Below are positions 32,701 to 35,700 of a stretch of DNA of 38,455 nucleotides, in pieces. The notes beneath the pieces were generated by a model. It saw only the letters and a program-made list of their open reading frames with translations. It searched no databases and was not told the origin of the DNA. The stretch is taken from NCBI GenBank assembly GCA_016927795.1, contig JAFGLX010000021.1, positions 1 to 38,455 on the forward strand, written 5' to 3'. The stretch comes from Candidatus Omnitrophota bacterium (lineage in GTDB: Bacteria > Omnitrophota > Gorgyraeia > JABMRN01 > RBG-13-46-9). The stretch's first letter is position 1, and the number at the start of each line of letters is the position of its first letter. The position numbers were made by a program, and so were the translations under genes.

Positions 32701-35700
32701 CGGATTTGCGAAACCTACCAAGAAATTAATTTCTATAGAAGAGGCAAAAAGTCTGAAGCTAAGATATGAACGAATACAGTTATTGGCGCAGAAATTTATT
32801 AATGATTGCGAAAGAGCATCAACGCCTGACGAGATAGTGCAAGCTCGTCAGAAATTTTTGGCGCTAGAAAGCCAGCTTGATCTTATATACGAGGCTTTTT
32901 CGGATATGGATCAAGCCGGATATATTGGTCTTAAAGAATATGTTGACAGCGTAACTGATATGATAAAGAGAATCAACACTGCCTTTCGGATACGTATATT
33001 ACCTTCCTTAAAGGATATTAATGAGGCGGGTTTAGAATCGGCAAAGGAGGAGGACTTTGAACGCACTTTGCTTATGGAGGAAAAAAGTTTGTTGGATAAC
33101 GAATCAATCGCTACCCATAAAACCGGCATCCCAGGAGAGAGCGTCAAATCCGATCAGGTAGTTACAGCACTGGTTGTCGAACAACCGCAGGGCGTTGAAA
33201 TAACGGAGGATATTTCGTTTTTTGATCGAAATTCACAGATGGCACTATATAGCGTCGTTGATGATCTGGAAGTTGTTACTCCTAATATGCTGGTCGCCAG
33301 ATTCGAAGTTTGTGACTATTATTTGCCTTATGAGGTAGTAAAATGGTTATGGCGGCGCAGCCAGCATAATAAAATTCTTTCACGCTTTTTGTTATTATAT
33401 GAAGATTATATGAAACGCGGAAAACCTCAAGAATCTCCAGGCACGGACATCAATATTAAGGATACTTCTGCCTATCAGGACGCGGTGTATCATTTAAAAA
33501 CAGCTCATTGGACAAAGCCTGGATATTGGAATGAAGTCAAGCCGGAGGTAAAAAGAGAACTGATAATACAGGCCATGAAAGAACATCCTTTCGGTTTTGG
33601 CATGTTTGCAAAACCCCTGATATTCCTGAATGGAGGCAACCTCAGGGGGTTATATGCTTATTATAAAGCTAAAGTGGTTACTTCGAAAAAAGGCGGCAAG
33701 ATGGCGCGCTTTGCCGCATTGGACCTCATTAGAAGTGAACTGAATATTCCGGAACCAAAACAGGGCATTCCTTACGAAGAAGTAATCGCCAAGTTAAAGA
33801 AGAAGAAACGGGTTATCTGGCGTTGGGTAAGGCCCGATGTGCAGAAGAGGCTTATACAGGATATGTCCGATGAGCTCGGCAAAGATATCAAAGATTTCGA
33901 TTCGAGCTGGTTTATAGCGACCGTAGATAATAAAGTCCATATGTGTATATATAAAAAATTCGGAGGAGCATCCCTAAATGGTCTTTATCAGTATTATTGC
34001 CGCCTTTACAAGGATCCGGCAGGCAACTTGCCAGTCATAGATATAATGCGAAGTCGCCTCGGCATAGGTATAAAAAATTATACCTTTGAAGAGATGATTT
34101 CGGGATGGCGACAGGGTAAACTTAAAGATATTAGATGGCGCCACGTGCCTTCGGCTGTAAAACGGCAGGTACTTTTTACGCTCGCAGACAAATACCAGAC
34201 GCCTCCGGCAGCGCTTTTTGTCAGCCATCTTGTAGGCGGGCTTGAAGGGGTGTGCCTGACTCAGCTGCTTTATCCATATATGAAGAGAGGCAGAACCGCC
34301 GCAAGAGCATTCCTGCAGTTGAAAAAGGATCTTAAGATACCATCGTTGGATGTAGAATATGTCCTCAAATGTTTCAAGGAGAAAAAAGCGCCTTATTGGA
34401 AAGGTGTTTATTCGAAAGAAGTGCGGCGCAAACTGGTAGAGATGCTTGCGACAGCGTTGGGAATATCTCCGGAAAAATTGATGGCAGGACATTTTAAAAA
34501 ACAGTTACCTGTATTTTTTGACAGGTCGCTCGCTGGCTTAGCCGGGCAATATCTAAGCACAGACGGAGCGTTTGGAGAACCCGAAGTATCGGATCTTCTT
34601 AAAGACGTGGGTATTAAGCGAGTCAGGGAAACAACATTTGAGGAGTTCGAGCGATGCATTGAATCTGGTAGAGAGATTAATTGGAAGAACATGCCGGTGA
34701 GCATTAGACGCGAAGCCATAAAGTTTATCGCGAATAAAATAGGTATTAAACCGATGGATCTGAAAACTAATATGCGTGACAAATATGGAAGTAAAATCGG
34801 CGGACTGGTTGCGGCTTATGCGCGCGAGAATAATCTATCACCAACACTCGAGACATGCAGGCAGATGTTGCGTGACTACAATGCCGGTGATCTTCTTGTA
34901 GAGCAGATTATGCAGGAGATACAACCAGTTCGTTATACAAGGGATAATTATGAGTTGCGGATGGCTCAGTGGAATAGGGCAAAACCAAAGATCGAAGAGG
35001 CGATATCCTGCGGGATGGGAAGCAAGCTTGGCACATCGCTTTGCTCATTGCTTTTTAGCACAGACTCACATGAGCGTGCAATGCGCTTTGAAATATTAGG
35101 CTATCTTCAAAGAATAGATGCCCCGGGATGTACCAGCCCGCTCATTAATTTCATTAGCAAGATAGGCACAGGAGACGTTGAATTATGGAGAGAAAGCAAT
35201 AGAGCATTAGGAAACGTAATGACGGATAACGAAGTGATAATGACTTTGAAAAATATGGCCAACAGTGCTGAGGAAGAAAATAGTGAATCTGCCTCGCGAG
35301 CAGGCTCCAGAAAGGTGTTTAAAAGACGGATTAGATACAATCGAAAAGGTGGGCTGCATATGTATATGAATGGTTCGGTAAAATCATGGCCAGGCGCGAC
35401 ACCCGTCGGGCCTGAGAAACAGCCGTTTATGGATGCCCAGACCCCCGGTCAATTCCCGCCGGACATGGACAATAATGTGGGGCACGGCCAAGGATTTGTA
35501 AAAAGGGTTGAACCACCTGTGGACAGAGGTGATGTTGCATCTCCAGCCGGGCCTCAACCGGTATCCGCATCCGGCGACGCTACTTCGCCAGCAACGGAGG
35601 ACAGTTCGGAGCTTCGCGCGGCGGTGGACAAAAAAAGAGAACCACCTCCATTATCCGGCCCCGGACCTATGATGATAGCGCTTTTCGCGATACCGTTTTT

